DNA of 28,840 bases from the NCBI GenBank assembly GCA_963805855.1, contig CAWDVW010000009.1, forward strand, positions 1 to 28,840, written 5' to 3'. Within the stretch, counting starts at the first letter, position 1; every line of letters starts with the position of its first letter. The position numbers were made by a program, and so were the translations under genes. The notes under the pieces were generated by a model. It did not search any database, was not told the DNA's origin, and worked only from the letters and a program-made list of their open reading frames with translations. Origin of the DNA: Candidatus Dadabacteria bacterium (GTDB taxonomy: Bacteria; Desulfobacterota_D; UBA1144; Nemesobacterales; CSP1-2). Positions 1 through 10,870 of the stretch are shown in pieces.

Positions 1-374
1 TAACGATTTAACTAAAAATCGCTACCCATCACTTATTTCACGTATAAATTGCAGATAGCTTTTACAACGCCCATCATAAAACGAGCACCTAGGAAGTAAT
101 AATCAAAATGGAAAGTGTGATTTGCCATGTCCGTTAAATACGGCATCGACTCTGACTCCATCTTCAGAAAAGCCGAATATTTAATTTCTATTGTTAATAA
201 GGCCTAGCGAATCGATGTCAAATGTGAACTTGGCCCGATAGCTTTTCGATTTAGGGATTTCCGAGAAACCAGGCAATCGGCGAACCACTTAGCCAATCGC
301 CCAGAATCTTCTCGATTCATGGGCCCCTGATGAAAGCCATCATAGTACAGCGTTTTGTGGTCAATCCAAATTTC

Positions 375-1511
375 TCAAAACCTCTCTGAACTACATTTTT
401 CCCACATTAGGTCGACGATCCTACGTGAAGCATTGCCATCCCAGAGCTCCGGGATCTTTCCTTTTTTCCACCTACCATTTATTGCGTCATCGCAAAACTT
501 CGATAACTTTTCTGGATCTGTGCCAACCAAAATGTTGGTTCCGTCAGTGACAGTAATGGGCCTCTCCGTGTTTTCTCGAAGGGTAATACAGGGGACGCCC
601 AAGCTAGTTGTCTCCTCCTGTATTCCACCGGAATCTGTCAGGACAAATCTCGCATTGGCCATCAGGTTAATGAAATCGAGATATCCTAATGGATCAAGGA
701 TAAAGAAATTCTGGAATGACTTTAGCTGACTTTCCAAACACGATTCCTTGAGTTTTAACTTCGTCCTCGGGTGAACTGGGAATACAATTCTGATATCTCT
801 TTGTACAACCCCTAAGGTTGATATTATCCGTTTCAGAATCTCATCGGCGTTAACACTGCCTGGCCGATGCAGCGTCAAAATCGCATAATTCCCCTTCTTC
901 AATCCAAGCCGCTTAATATTTTGCCTTCTGCGCGCCCGTTCCAGAAAAGAAAAAAGCGTATCGATCATTACATTCCCGACAAAAAAGATCCTTTTCCGTG
1001 AGATTCCCTCCCTAATTAAATTTTCGTTGGCGCTCTTCTCCGTAGTAAATAGTAGATCAGCCAAATGGTCCGTGAGCGCCCTGTTTAACTCCTCAGGCAT
1101 AGCACGGTCAAAACTCCGAAGACCGGCCTCTACGTGTGCTATCGGGATACCTAATTTTCCGCCCGCCAAAGCACAGGCGAGCGTTGAATTAACATCACCA
1201 ACTACAACTATCACATCGGGCCTTTCTCGGAGGCACACCTTCTCGAATTCGATCATGATTAGTCCGGTCTGTACAGCGTGACTCCCGGAACCTATGCCGA
1301 GGTACATGTCGGGATCGGGAAGTTCCAGATCCTCGAAGAAAGTTTCTGACATCTTTTGGTCGTAGTGTTGACCTGTGTGAACTAGAACACTCCGTATGCT
1401 GGAATTCGTGCCCGATCGTCTCAATTGCTCATTCTTGTATTGAATAGCCGATATGATAGGTGCGATCTTAATAAAATTGGGTCTAGCTCCAACCACACTC
1501 AAAATCTTCAC
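375..1511 (-). CDS. wecB: UDP-N-acetylglucosamine 2-epimerase (non-hydrolysing)
   Basis: Motifs VGARPNFIK, HTGQHYD, VGDVNST, HVEAGLRS, MPEELNR and TDSGGIQEE...LRENTERP; GTG start. Confidence 0.96.
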   Translation of the reverse strand: MKILSVVGARPNFIKIAPIISAIQYKNEQLRRSGTNSSIRSVLVHTGQHYDQKMSETFFEDLELPDPDMYLGIGSGSHAVQTGLIMIEFEKVCLRERPDVIVVVGDVNSTLACALAGGKLGIPIAHVEAGLRSFDRAMPEELNRALTDHLADLLFTTEKSANENLIREGISRKRIFFVGNVMIDTLFSFLERARRRQNIKRLGLKKGNYAILTLHRPGSVNADEILKRIISTLGVVQRDIRIVFPVHPRTKLKLKESCLESQLKSFQNFFILDPLGYLDFINLMANARFVLTDSGGIQEETTSLGVPCITLRENTERPITVTDGTNILVGTDPEKLSKFCDDAINGRWKKGKIPELWDGNASRRIVDLMWEKCSSERF

Positions 1512-1676
1512 TGATAATCTCCCAAGTCTGTCTTATATAAGATTCTTCCTACTGATTAGTTATATCGATGATCCTGCATTGCCATCCAGATCTTGTCGTT
1601 TGTCGAGAAATAATTACTATCTCGGGCCCTGCGCGCCTAACCACAAATCTTGATTTATCAGATCAACCTCTGTTGG

Positions 1677-3476
1677 TTATAAATGAGAAATAGCAATCTT
1701 ATGGTATTCACCCTTTTTACCAATCAATTGCATCTCATTTCCTACCTCTACTACTCGGCCGCTTTTTAGCACGATAATTTTATCAGCATTTTTAATTGTA
1801 GATAGCCGGTGAGCAATTACAATCACAGTTCTTCCCTGACTCAAGTTGTAAATTGCATCGTGTATTAGTTTTTCAGTCACGGAGTCAAGCGAGCTTGTCG
1901 CTTCATCCAAAATTAGAATCTCCGGGTCCTTAAGAATTGCTCGCGCGATTGATATTCTTTGCCGCTGTCCGCCTGAGAGCCTCACACCCCGATCTCCAAG
2001 AGTTGTATTATAACCTTCGGGTAAATCCGCTATAAAATCATGAGCTCTGGCTTTTCTTGCACTCTCAATTATCAAATCGTCACTTGGTTTTTCTATTGCA
2101 CCAAACGCTATGTTATTCTTTACAGTATCATTAAAAATAAAGGTATCCTGACTAACCATTCCAATCTTTTTGCGGTACGATTCGATCCGATAATTCTGCG
2201 CGGGCTCTCCATCGACAAGAATCAAACCCTGCTTTGGATCATAGAATCTTAGTATGAGATTTACAATAGTAGACTTTCCTGCACCAGATTCACCTACTAT
2301 TGCTGTAGTCTTGCCTTTGGGTATGTCAAAACTAGCGTCTATGAGCACGCTGCTCTCGTTATCCCCGTAGGAAAATGATACGGACTTAAATTGAATACCA
2401 TGTCTCAGCATGTCGAATTCTTTGGAACCGCTCCTTATAAATGGCTTGTCCTCAATCCGCAATAGTTCAAATATCAAGTTTGCAAACGGCATGTTAACTG
2501 CAAAGCTGCTACGGGTTTGATTGAGGGTTTTTATAGTGGGCATAATTCTCGTCAAAATGTAGATAAACGGAATAAGTTGGGTAATTATTGTGCCACTATC
2601 GAGATCGTATATACTGATGGCCGTGAAGAAAATTATCGCAATTGCAATCAATCCAAGGCACTCGGTTATGATATGAACCAGATTGGTTTTGAAGTTTATG
2701 TACTGATTTACACTTCTATATTCTTCAATTTTGTTTTTGAATAATGATGCCTGAACGCGCTCTTTGACGAAGGTTTTAATTAGATGAATTCCACTTATGG
2801 TTTCATAAAACAGACTGGAAACCTCTCTACTCAATGTTGCACTTTTCCGTCCTTCGTTTTCCAATGATTTGATATAAAAAGAAACCGCTCTAGCGATCAA
2901 GATCGCACAAAGCGCGCTTAATAATGTCAGTTGCCATGAAAAGATGACAAGAATGACGAAAAGTACCAGAAAAGAAGCTAAATTGGCGATAAACTTGGTT
3001 ACCTGTACGACCATGGATTCTATTCGTGAGGTAGAGCCCAGAAGTCTTTCTCCCAAATCACCCGCTCTGGTTTTGTTGTAGAATCCGATACCGACATTCA
3101 TAAGCAAATCAATACCTTCAGCCCTGAGATTGGCACTCACTCTAGACGATATGAGAGTTCCTAGGTAGATGGAAATCGTCAAAAATGCATTCTTCAATAA
3201 GACAGCCATAACAACTGCTGTAGTTGAAAGAATAAGTCGCTTTTCGATAGGAAAGTCCCGAAACAACCCGGCGATGGTCTGTAAGACCTTAGGCAACGTT
3301 TGGATACCCTGTTCCGGAATCAAACTAGTCAACAGTGGAACCAGCATACCGGCTGACAGTCCATCCATAAGCGATGCTATAAACGCAACAGCAACCAGGA
3401 GAGCAACCTGGTATTTATATGGCTTCAATATCGGAATGAAAAATTTTCCAAATGTTATGTAATCCCGCAATCTCAA
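1677..3476 (-). CDS. ABC half-transporter (TMD+NBD), MsbA/PglK/Wzk-like; probable lipid-linked glycan exporter
   Basis: Hydrophobic N-terminal half. Walker A GESGAGKST, Q-loop VSQD, signature LSGGQRQR, Walker B ILILDEATSSLD, H-loop IAHRLST. TTG start (3476 or 3470). The substrate is inferred from context. Confidence 0.9.
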   Translation of the reverse strand: MRLRDYITFGKFFIPILKPYKYQVALLVAVAFIASLMDGLSAGMLVPLLTSLIPEQGIQTLPKVLQTIAGLFRDFPIEKRLILSTTAVVMAVLLKNAFLTISIYLGTLISSRVSANLRAEGIDLLMNVGIGFYNKTRAGDLGERLLGSTSRIESMVVQVTKFIANLASFLVLFVILVIFSWQLTLLSALCAILIARAVSFYIKSLENEGRKSATLSREVSSLFYETISGIHLIKTFVKERVQASLFKNKIEEYRSVNQYINFKTNLVHIITECLGLIAIAIIFFTAISIYDLDSGTIITQLIPFIYILTRIMPTIKTLNQTRSSFAVNMPFANLIFELLRIEDKPFIRSGSKEFDMLRHGIQFKSVSFSYGDNESSVLIDASFDIPKGKTTAIVGESGAGKSTIVNLILRFYDPKQGLILVDGEPAQNYRIESYRKKIGMVSQDTFIFNDTVKNNIAFGAIEKPSDDLIIESARKARAHDFIADLPEGYNTTLGDRGVRLSGGQRQRISIARAILKDPEILILDEATSSLDSVTEKLIHDAIYNLSQGRTVIVIAHRLSTIKNADKIIVLKSGRVVEVGNEMQLIGKKGEYHKIAISHL

Positions 3477-3921
3477 TCTCCACTTTCTAAGGGATTTGAA
3501 TGCTTCGACAACGCATCATCAACCATTTTAGTCACGTCTGTTGACAAGATTTGACACCCACAAAGCGCAACATCATACGGAAGCTTCAGTTTCCTCAAAG
3601 GTAGATGCCCCGCAAGCATGTCTTTTTTTTAAAAATTCTATGTGTGTCTATTCCTAGCCAGCGGGCTTTTTGTTATTATTCAGTGGGCGCATGGCAATAC
3701 CATTTCGGGGAATCTCAATAATAACGCTATTTGTCTTCACCTCTCCGTTGACAATCCCTCGCCCCTTACCTGGAACGTCCATATTCGTTGTATATATTCG
3801 ATCCCTTCCTGCTACAGAAATTAATCCCCTGATGTTGTTCCGACATTTAGGCTTGACAACTGGCGTCACTGTTCTGCACTCGAGTGGTCATAAACCCATT
3901 TTTCATTCGCCTTCTGCCCTT

Positions 3922-6163
3922 TTACCGGTAAACCTGTTTTTGTTTCGTACCTTGAAACAGATCTATGTACTTAAGAATATTCTTGTTTATATCAAACCTC
4001 TCCTCAACTTTTTCCCTCGCTTTTTCACCCAAATCTCTCCTCAATTTATCATCGTTAATCAGTCTGATAATTGCTTCCGTCAGGGCGCACTCGTTCTCTG
4101 GAGGAACCAAAATTCCACTAATTCCATCCTGCACAAGTTCAGGAATACCAGTAATATTCGTTGATATCACGGGAATCTTCATAGCCATAGCCTCTATCAA
4201 GACGTTTGGCGTAACATCTCTGCTGCCATCTCGTGCGATAACACAAGGCAAAATGAAAATATCTGCGTTTTTATATCCCTCCAATACGTTATTGAATGGC
4301 TGGGCGCCCAAGAATGAGACAGACTTTTCTAATCCGAACTTTCCGCGCAATTTTTTCAGCTCTACATAGTAGTTCGTGTATATTGGTTCATGAGTACCAC
4401 CGATAATTTCACATTTAAAGACGAAACCTCTCTTTTTCAAAGCTTTACAAGATTTGAGTAGGTATACGAGCCCTTTAGTTTCACCTAGCGTGGCTACAGT
4501 CAGCAACCTGGTCTCTTTTGACAACTGGTTTTTCTTCTCCGTGGGTTTGAGTTGTTCTAATTGAATGCCGTTATAGATGATATAGATTTTCCACCAATCT
4601 CGTGGACTCAAAAATGACTTCAGAAACGATTCATTATATCGGGTGTTTGTTATTATAAACTCAGCGGTCTCCGAATTTCTCCCTCAACGCATATGAATGT
4701 CGGTGTCTGTATAGGTCTGCAGATGCACGAGCCTGTACACTGAATGACACTCTCAAAAGTCTTGAGGCTATCAGTGCAATAAACGCAAATTGGTCAGCCC
4801 AAGGTGAATGAACATGGCTTATTTTTTTCTCTTCTAGGGCACCGGCCAAGAGTACTGCCTTTGAAAAGATACGGATATCTTCCCTAAAGCTTTTGAAGCT
4901 TGCATATCTGTGAGTCACCACGTATAAAAATAGATTGAGGAATAGAAAAGGATTTTGTAGGAAAAATCTCTTTTGGTAATCCTTGAGAAGCCTATTGTCG
5001 GCGTCCTTTAAATAGTGGCAACTCTCACTAATCGCTTGCGCATTCTCATTCAATAGATCGAGAGCTCCCGATGCTTCTGAGAATACCTCGACCGAACAAC
5101 CGAACCCCCTTAGCGCCTCTACCTCTCGCTGGATAAAAGTCTGAGTTAATGTAGGAAACCGCCAGAGAACATAGGCGATCCTCCTTTCTTGATCCAGTTG
5201 ATTCCTGATGTGAAAAGTGAACATGTCGATGGGCCACCAGGACCCGTAGTTGACGAAGGCTTTATAAGAGTATCTTAGACTCGGAGTTAGAATCTCTGCT
5301 GTTAGCAGTCTCCGAATTTTCCACAGAGCCCGTCTAGGGATGTTTCTTTTGAAAAACTGAGCGAATCCCGAAGATGTAAGAAGGCCTCGCACCATAAATT
5401 TGCTTAGGTTGTATCTTCTCTCACTTAGAAAGTGGCGAGGATCACTTTTCAATATACTGCGGCATGTCAACATTCTTTTAATCCACAATTGAATCGCCTC
5501 CAATCGTGAAATAATTCCCGATCGCTTTGGTTTTCGTGTGCAGGAGAGAAATTCTGGAGCACTCTGACCTCGTACTTGTTGGCAATCCTGAGGTCCATCT
5601 CGAATAGTGGATCCCGACACCGATTTACATTAAAATAGCCGACATCATCAAATAATTTTCTTCTATAGGCTCGTACAGAGCCAATAAAACCAGCGTTGAC
5701 CAATAGCTCTATCCTGTAATCTCCACTTGAGACAACATTTTCGAACAGAAATTTCCGCCATTTTCGAAAAGCATCTCTCGTGATCCTCCCGTTCTCGTCT
5801 ACATAAAAATAGTACCCACAAACTCCACCAACGTCGGGAGACCTTTTTAAAATGTCAACCATTCTCTTAAATACGCCTGGCAATAGCATATCACCCGTTG
5901 TCAGGGATATGATAAATGGGGATGCACTGTACTCTATAGCTGTATTATTGCAAAAAGCAACTCCCCGATTCTCTTTATTTCCAATCAGCTTGACCCTAGA
6001 ATCATCAAATGATAAACAGTCGATCCGGCGAAAAATCCTGAGCACCGTGATCGACGACTAACAGCTCGAAATCAACACCTCGCTGACGCAAAACGTGCGC
6101 GACGGTTTCCCGAATCGAAGCTCCGACACGGGGAGCAGGTATGCAGACGGATAATTCAGGCAT
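3922..6163 (-). pseudogene. GT2-like + GT4 (WcaL-like) glycosyltransferase fusion of ~746 aa, split by three single-base frameshifts (possibly sequence errors)
   Basis: ORFs 6005-6190 (MPELSVCIPA...FELLVVDHGAQD), 5467-6045 (GT-A core), 4661-5620 (IAYVLWRFPTLTQTFIQREVEAL) and 3922-4611 (DVTPNVLIEAMAMKIPVIST) join into one frame. The shifts are near 6010-6035 (+1), 5556-5557 (-1) and 4666-4672 (+1). 2242 nt minus 1 = 747 codons. Confidence 0.8.
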
Positions 6164-6167
6164 ATAT

Positions 6168-7280
6168 TTAAAAAGCCACGATTGTTTCAAGAAGTTTTTC
6201 GTAACAGTTTTTATGTAAAAAGAACTCCATATTTGCTTCGAATTTTCTCGTTGACGCAGGAATAATTTTTTCTATAAATTCACTCTCATCGCATGAAGCC
6301 ACAAGTAGATTGTCGTTACAGAGCTGCCAATTTCCGCAATTCTTAGAAGCTATGAGATTACAGCCGAGCGTCGCCCCTTCAAACAGTATCCCAGGGGCTG
6401 AATCAAAAACCGAGGGGCTGGCAATTGACTTTGAATTTCCCATTAGGCCGAATAAATGTTTCCTTTCCGCAATAATGCCATGATGGACTGCATCCGGAAT
6501 TTCGCAATCTGTGTCACCTACGATTTGGATATTTAAACCCTTCAATCTTGGGACAACGTTCCTTACAAGTTCATAATTCTTTTCAGGACGGTTCCAACTA
6601 CTTGAGACAAATAGTAAATCTATCTCTCTTTCGGCGAAGGGTTTACATAAGTGGATAAAATCCAGTGCAGACTGTCGAATCCACTGCGCACGCCAAATGA
6701 CATCAGGATAGATCTTCCCAGTGTAAGAGGCATAAATATGCTCGTAAAACGATTTAATCATGTCTGAATGTGTGATGACCAAATCCGAAGCTTTTACGGC
6801 CTCTTTCTCTTGGTGATTAAGGAACAACGCATTTCCGGTTTCTCGATTCATCAGTTCGGTGAATTCTGTGGCATTTCGTATTACTTTTCTCCCAATCAAC
6901 TGCTGGACCGACATACAGCCAGTTGTAGTAAATATCATGTTGATTCCGGGCTCGGCCTTCTTCAACAAAAGAGCCGCAATGTAGCCATCCCCGACCATTA
7001 TATTTGGTTTTACTTCCCCGATCAGTTTCGCCAATTCACTATCGGTTCGAGAAAACGAGCGATTCAAAATGCAGTTGTATACATTTCTTAGACATTTTGG
7101 ATTGCCGAAATCAGCGCCAAAAACATACTTAAAATAATCTAAGTCCACGGCATCAATCAGATTTAAGTAAAAAACATCGAAACCATCATTTTGGAGCTTT
7201 TCGAACAATTCGTACGTTGAGGTATTGGCACCACCAAAGCCCGGAATTTCATAGCAACCCAATAATATCCTTTTATTCAT
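6168..7280 (-). CDS. Divergent GT-B fold (GT4-like) glycosyltransferase
   Basis: N-terminal RILLGCYEIPGFGGANT and C-terminal PSVFDSAPGILFEGATLGCNLIAS (D-x7-E variant of the GT4 E-x7-E motif). ATG at 7280 is preferred over the ORF-track start at 7346, which overlaps asnB. Confidence 0.7.
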   Translation of the reverse strand: MNKRILLGCYEIPGFGGANTSTYELFEKLQNDGFDVFYLNLIDAVDLDYFKYVFGADFGNPKCLRNVYNCILNRSFSRTDSELAKLIGEVKPNIMVGDGYIAALLLKKAEPGINMIFTTTGCMSVQQLIGRKVIRNATEFTELMNRETGNALFLNHQEKEAVKASDLVITHSDMIKSFYEHIYASYTGKIYPDVIWRAQWIRQSALDFIHLCKPFAEREIDLLFVSSSWNRPEKNYELVRNVVPRLKGLNIQIVGDTDCEIPDAVHHGIIAERKHLFGLMGNSKSIASPSVFDSAPGILFEGATLGCNLIASKNCGNWQLCNDNLLVASCDESEFIEKIIPASTRKFEANMEFFLHKNCYEKLLETIVAF

Positions 7281-7323
7281 AATTCGATATAGTAAGTTCT
7301 GGTGGTTGAGTACATTTACGCAG

Positions 7324-9309
7324 TTATAATGAACTTGAATGCTCAAGCCACGCCTGAAACATCAACACATCCCATAGCCAGGTATAGCGATTATTTACGC
7401 CTCTAAGAAAGTCAGTCCACAACTTGCGAATCGGCCTCGGATTGAAAACTTGCTCGCGTTGCAAACGCCTTTCGTCAAGTAACGCTTCCGCCCATGGGCG
7501 TAGCCGCCCCCGGAGCCAAATCCCAATTGGCGCTGTAAAGCCCATCTTCGGTCTATCGATAAGTGACGGCTGTATATGCCTGTAAAGCACCTGTCGAAGT
7601 AGCCATTTGCTCTGCCCATTTTTGATTTTCAACGCAAGTGGCAACTGCCAGACGAATTCCACGACGCGATGATCCAAGAATGGCGTGCGAACCTCCAAGC
7701 CTAACCCCATGCTTGCGCGATCCACCTTTGTAAGAAGGTCATCCGGCAAATAGGTCATAGTATCCAAGTACATCATTTGATGAGTAAAGTCTCGGAGATC
7801 GGCCCACTGAGAGCTTGTCGAAAGAATGGTGGCCGGTTCGGTAGCGCCCAACACCAGGGACTTTGGGTCCTTCCAGTGACTCGTCACCTGTAAGAAAATC
7901 TCATGGGGCGCATCGACTTCAAGAGTCTCCGCCATTATGCGCAGCTGATCTCCTAAAGCTCCGACAAATCTGTATCTGGGCAATTGAGAGACAATCCACC
8001 TGAGGTCACCTCCCAACAATTTAGCCTTGGCAGCGGAGAGTGTTTTAGAAAAGAGCGTACGTACCAAAGGCGATACCGCCTCCAACCTTCCCCACATCGC
8101 TCGACCCTTCTCGTAGCGCTCAAAACGATCATGACCAAGATCATATCGACGGTAGCCACCGAATAACTCGTCTCCTCCATCACCGGAGAGACTAACCGTC
8201 ACATGTTGACTGGCCAAATTGCAGAGCAGAAATGTTGGGATCTGTGAGGAATCAGAAAATGGCTCGTCATACAAGATTGGAAGCTTTGGGAGCACGTCGA
8301 TCGCGTCTTCCGCGGATATATATAATTCGGTATGGTCGGTACCCAAACGCCTCGCCACAGCATTCGCATACACTGCCTCGTTATATTCGCGTTCGTGGAA
8401 TCCAATCGAAAAGGTCTTGACTGGTGTGACGCTTTGTTCTTGCATCAATGCTACCATTGTGGACGAGTCTATACCACCCGACAGAAACGCACCCACTGGC
8501 ACATCAGCAGCCATCCGGATTTTGACTGCATTCCCTAGTAGGAACTCAAGATATTCTATAGCCTCGTCCTGCGTGCCAGAATATGGCTCGGAGAGCCCCT
8601 GCTTCACAACCTCTTTCAAAGACCAATAGTTAATGGAATCTGCCATCTTACCGATTTTGTTTGGACGAAAACTCAGAATCGTACCCGGAAGCAACTTACT
8701 TATTCCTTTGTATATAGAATACGGGGCGGGTATGTAATTGTGACGAAGCAGGAGTGTCAGGACGTTACGGTCGATCTCACAGCTAAAATTCGGGTGCACC
8801 CTTAGTGCCTTCAGTTCCGAACCGAAGATCAAAGCACCTCCCACCCACCCGTAGTAAAGCGGCTTGATTCCTAACCTGTCACGCACCAAGTGCAGGATAC
8901 GTTCTTTCCGATCCCACAAGGCAAACGCGAACATTCCCACGAATCGCTTCAAAGCTGCTTCCAGACCCCACTGTTCTATCGAAGCAAGGACCACCTCAGT
9001 ATCAGATTGGCCGTAAAAATTGTGACAATAGGTCTGCAATTCCTCTCTTAGTTCCCGAAAATTATACACAGCTCCATTGTAGGAAATTGCGTATCGCCCA
9101 CTCTCAGAAAACATAGGCTGGTGTCCACCCGGCGAAATGTCAAATATCGCAAGACGCCGGTGGCCTAGGCCGACACCCGCGTCCGGGTCGAACCAAGTCC
9201 CACAGTCGTCCGGTCCTCGATGTGCCAAACTGTCGGTCATGGATTGGAGGATTAGGTTCCACTCTCCGGCCGGAAGGCCTGATTGTAAAAATCCTGTAAT
9301 TCCACACAT
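7324..9309 (-). CDS. asnB: Asparagine synthase (glutamine-hydrolysing) family amidotransferase, probably glycan-amidating
   Basis: N-terminal MCGI (Ntn Cys2), HRGPD, LGHRRLAI, RDRLGIKPLYY, FLSGGIDSS, LSGDGGDELFGGY, KVDRASM...EVRTPFLD and RPKMGF. Confidence 0.93.
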   Translation of the reverse strand: MCGITGFLQSGLPAGEWNLILQSMTDSLAHRGPDDCGTWFDPDAGVGLGHRRLAIFDISPGGHQPMFSESGRYAISYNGAVYNFRELREELQTYCHNFYGQSDTEVVLASIEQWGLEAALKRFVGMFAFALWDRKERILHLVRDRLGIKPLYYGWVGGALIFGSELKALRVHPNFSCEIDRNVLTLLLRHNYIPAPYSIYKGISKLLPGTILSFRPNKIGKMADSINYWSLKEVVKQGLSEPYSGTQDEAIEYLEFLLGNAVKIRMAADVPVGAFLSGGIDSSTMVALMQEQSVTPVKTFSIGFHEREYNEAVYANAVARRLGTDHTELYISAEDAIDVLPKLPILYDEPFSDSSQIPTFLLCNLASQHVTVSLSGDGGDELFGGYRRYDLGHDRFERYEKGRAMWGRLEAVSPLVRTLFSKTLSAAKAKLLGGDLRWIVSQLPRYRFVGALGDQLRIMAETLEVDAPHEIFLQVTSHWKDPKSLVLGATEPATILSTSSQWADLRDFTHQMMYLDTMTYLPDDLLTKVDRASMGLGLEVRTPFLDHRVVEFVWQLPLALKIKNGQSKWLLRQVLYRHIQPSLIDRPKMGFTAPIGIWLRGRLRPWAEALLDERRLQREQVFNPRPIRKLWTDFLRGVNNRYTWLWDVLMFQAWLEHSSSL

Positions 9310-9449
9310 AAAGGTTAGGGCTCCATGCGATTTAAGTCTCTTCGGGATTACTGCCGATTGATTTTTTTTGCTGTCAAGCGGGCAAGCCCATTATGCGTAA
9401 TTCTTGAAATGAAACAGTGTCGAGTACAGGGAGTGAGACTCCGGACGCT

Positions 9450-10721
9450 TTATGGTCTCAATGCGGGATGATGATCGTTCAGCCCTATGGCCCTCCCAGA
9501 TAGAGCTCGCATATAGACATCAGAATAAACGGCTGAGGTCTTTTCCCAAGAATGTTTTTCAAATACCCATGCGGGTCCTTGTCTCTCCAATTTTTGACGC
9601 AAGTCAGCGTTGTTTAATAGACATGTGATTGCTTCTACCAACGCAGACACATCACCGGCCGGGAAAAGCAAACCGGTATGACCGTGTTTGATCAGTTCTC
9701 GATGCCCACCGATGTCGCTTGCCGCAAGCGCCTTGCCCATAGCCATGGCCTCGAGCGGTTTTAGCGGAGTCACCATCTCGGTAAGACGCGAAGATTTTCG
9801 TGGATAGGCCAGGACATCGAGCAGCGCATAAACACCGGGGATCCGGTCACGAGGAACCCAGCCTGGAACGATAACCTTTTCTTCAAGGTTAAGTGTTTTT
9901 ATTCTTGCTTTGAGCTGAGCTTCCATGCTGCCTCCGCCAATCAATAACAGTAGAATATCTGATCTCGTTTTGTTAAGACGGGCAACGGCGTCGATAAGAA
10001 GATCAAGTCCCTCATATTGACGGAAAGATCCTATGTAACCGATGACCTTTTTCCCGACGAGTTTCCAGGCTTTTCTGTACGATTCATCTGGCTCAGAGCG
10101 CTTAGCATCATCTAGGTTGACCCCGTTAGACACGATATTGAGTTTCTCAGATGGAACCCCCCTTTCTATCATGTCCCTTTTCATTCCATTGCCGAGTACG
10201 ACAACCTGATCGGCCTTACCACAGACCCAGGTCTCGATGCACCTTATGAGTTTGTATTTCCAGAAATGTCGGCCATACCTTCCCTTCGCTACATCTGATT
10301 CCTCCCAAAAGGACCTAATTTCATAGACCACAGGAATTCCCAATTTACCTCCCACACGCAGTGTGGCAAGTGCGTTGAAGACAGGTGAGTGAGCATGTAA
10401 TAGGTCCGGTTTTTCTACATCGGCGACCTCAACAATGCGCCTACTTAGGGCAAAGACAAGTCGGAGTTCCGCCTCGAGTGGAAAAACTCCGCGAGGCACG
10501 GCTCCTGTTCGATAATAGCGGACCCCGTCGATCACTTCCTGATCACCTGAGAGGCATTTCCAATATTTCTTGCCTACGGGGCCGGTAAGCGCTACCGGTT
10601 TCCAGCCCCTCTTGCATTGGGCTCGAAAAATATTTTGGCTGCGTATCCCGTAGCCACTGAGAATTGGGAGTCCCTGATTGAGGATATGCAGAATTTTGGG
10701 AGATAAGTTATCTGCGATCAT
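9450..10721 (-). CDS. GT4 glycosyltransferase resembling the PEP-CTERM/XrtA-associated TIGR04063 type
   Basis: KILHILNQGLPILSGYGIRS, LHAHSP, VVYEIRSFWEE, IGYIGSFRQYEGLD and RLTEMVTPLKPLEAMAMG. The subfamily call is from memory of the family pattern. Confidence 0.85.
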   Translation of the reverse strand: MIADNLSPKILHILNQGLPILSGYGIRSQNIFRAQCKRGWKPVALTGPVGKKYWKCLSGDQEVIDGVRYYRTGAVPRGVFPLEAELRLVFALSRRIVEVADVEKPDLLHAHSPVFNALATLRVGGKLGIPVVYEIRSFWEESDVAKGRYGRHFWKYKLIRCIETWVCGKADQVVVLGNGMKRDMIERGVPSEKLNIVSNGVNLDDAKRSEPDESYRKAWKLVGKKVIGYIGSFRQYEGLDLLIDAVARLNKTRSDILLLLIGGGSMEAQLKARIKTLNLEEKVIVPGWVPRDRIPGVYALLDVLAYPRKSSRLTEMVTPLKPLEAMAMGKALAASDIGGHRELIKHGHTGLLFPAGDVSALVEAITCLLNNADLRQKLERQGPAWVFEKHSWEKTSAVYSDVYMRALSGRAIGLNDHHPALRP

Positions 10722-10870
10722 TCATTTATGTCGCCAATCCCTCTATAATACTTCTTCACATGTGACCAACCCTGAACCCGAATTCCTTACTTGCCGAAAC
10801 CCGACACGATTTGCACCACCTTGCTCTCGTCTCCATCGGCTCCTTGTCTATTATAAGTAGGCTGAGGCCA

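Noticed and set aside
1-374. Left-edge non-coding stretch
   Set aside because: No tRNA, terminator, repeat or gene start could be supported.
3654-3869. 71-aa minus-strand ORF and weak plus-strand hairpins in the 3477-3921 spacer
   Set aside because: No recognisable motif or clear RBS. The stems are only ~4 bp and face against the operon.
3922-6163. Programmed ribosomal frameshifting in the GT2-GT4 gene
   Set aside because: It would need three shifts in mixed directions, and I saw no convincing slippery signals at the junctions. Error or decay is simpler.
8100-8150. Short RYDLG...RYEKG duplication-like insert in AsnB
   Set aside because: Too short, and in a variable region; cannot be distinguished from chance.
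7324-9309. asnB-like gene as a lasso-peptide cyclase or housekeeping asparagine synthase
   Set aside because: The glutaminase domain is intact, no precursor peptide or B protein is nearby, and the gene is embedded among glycosyltransferases.
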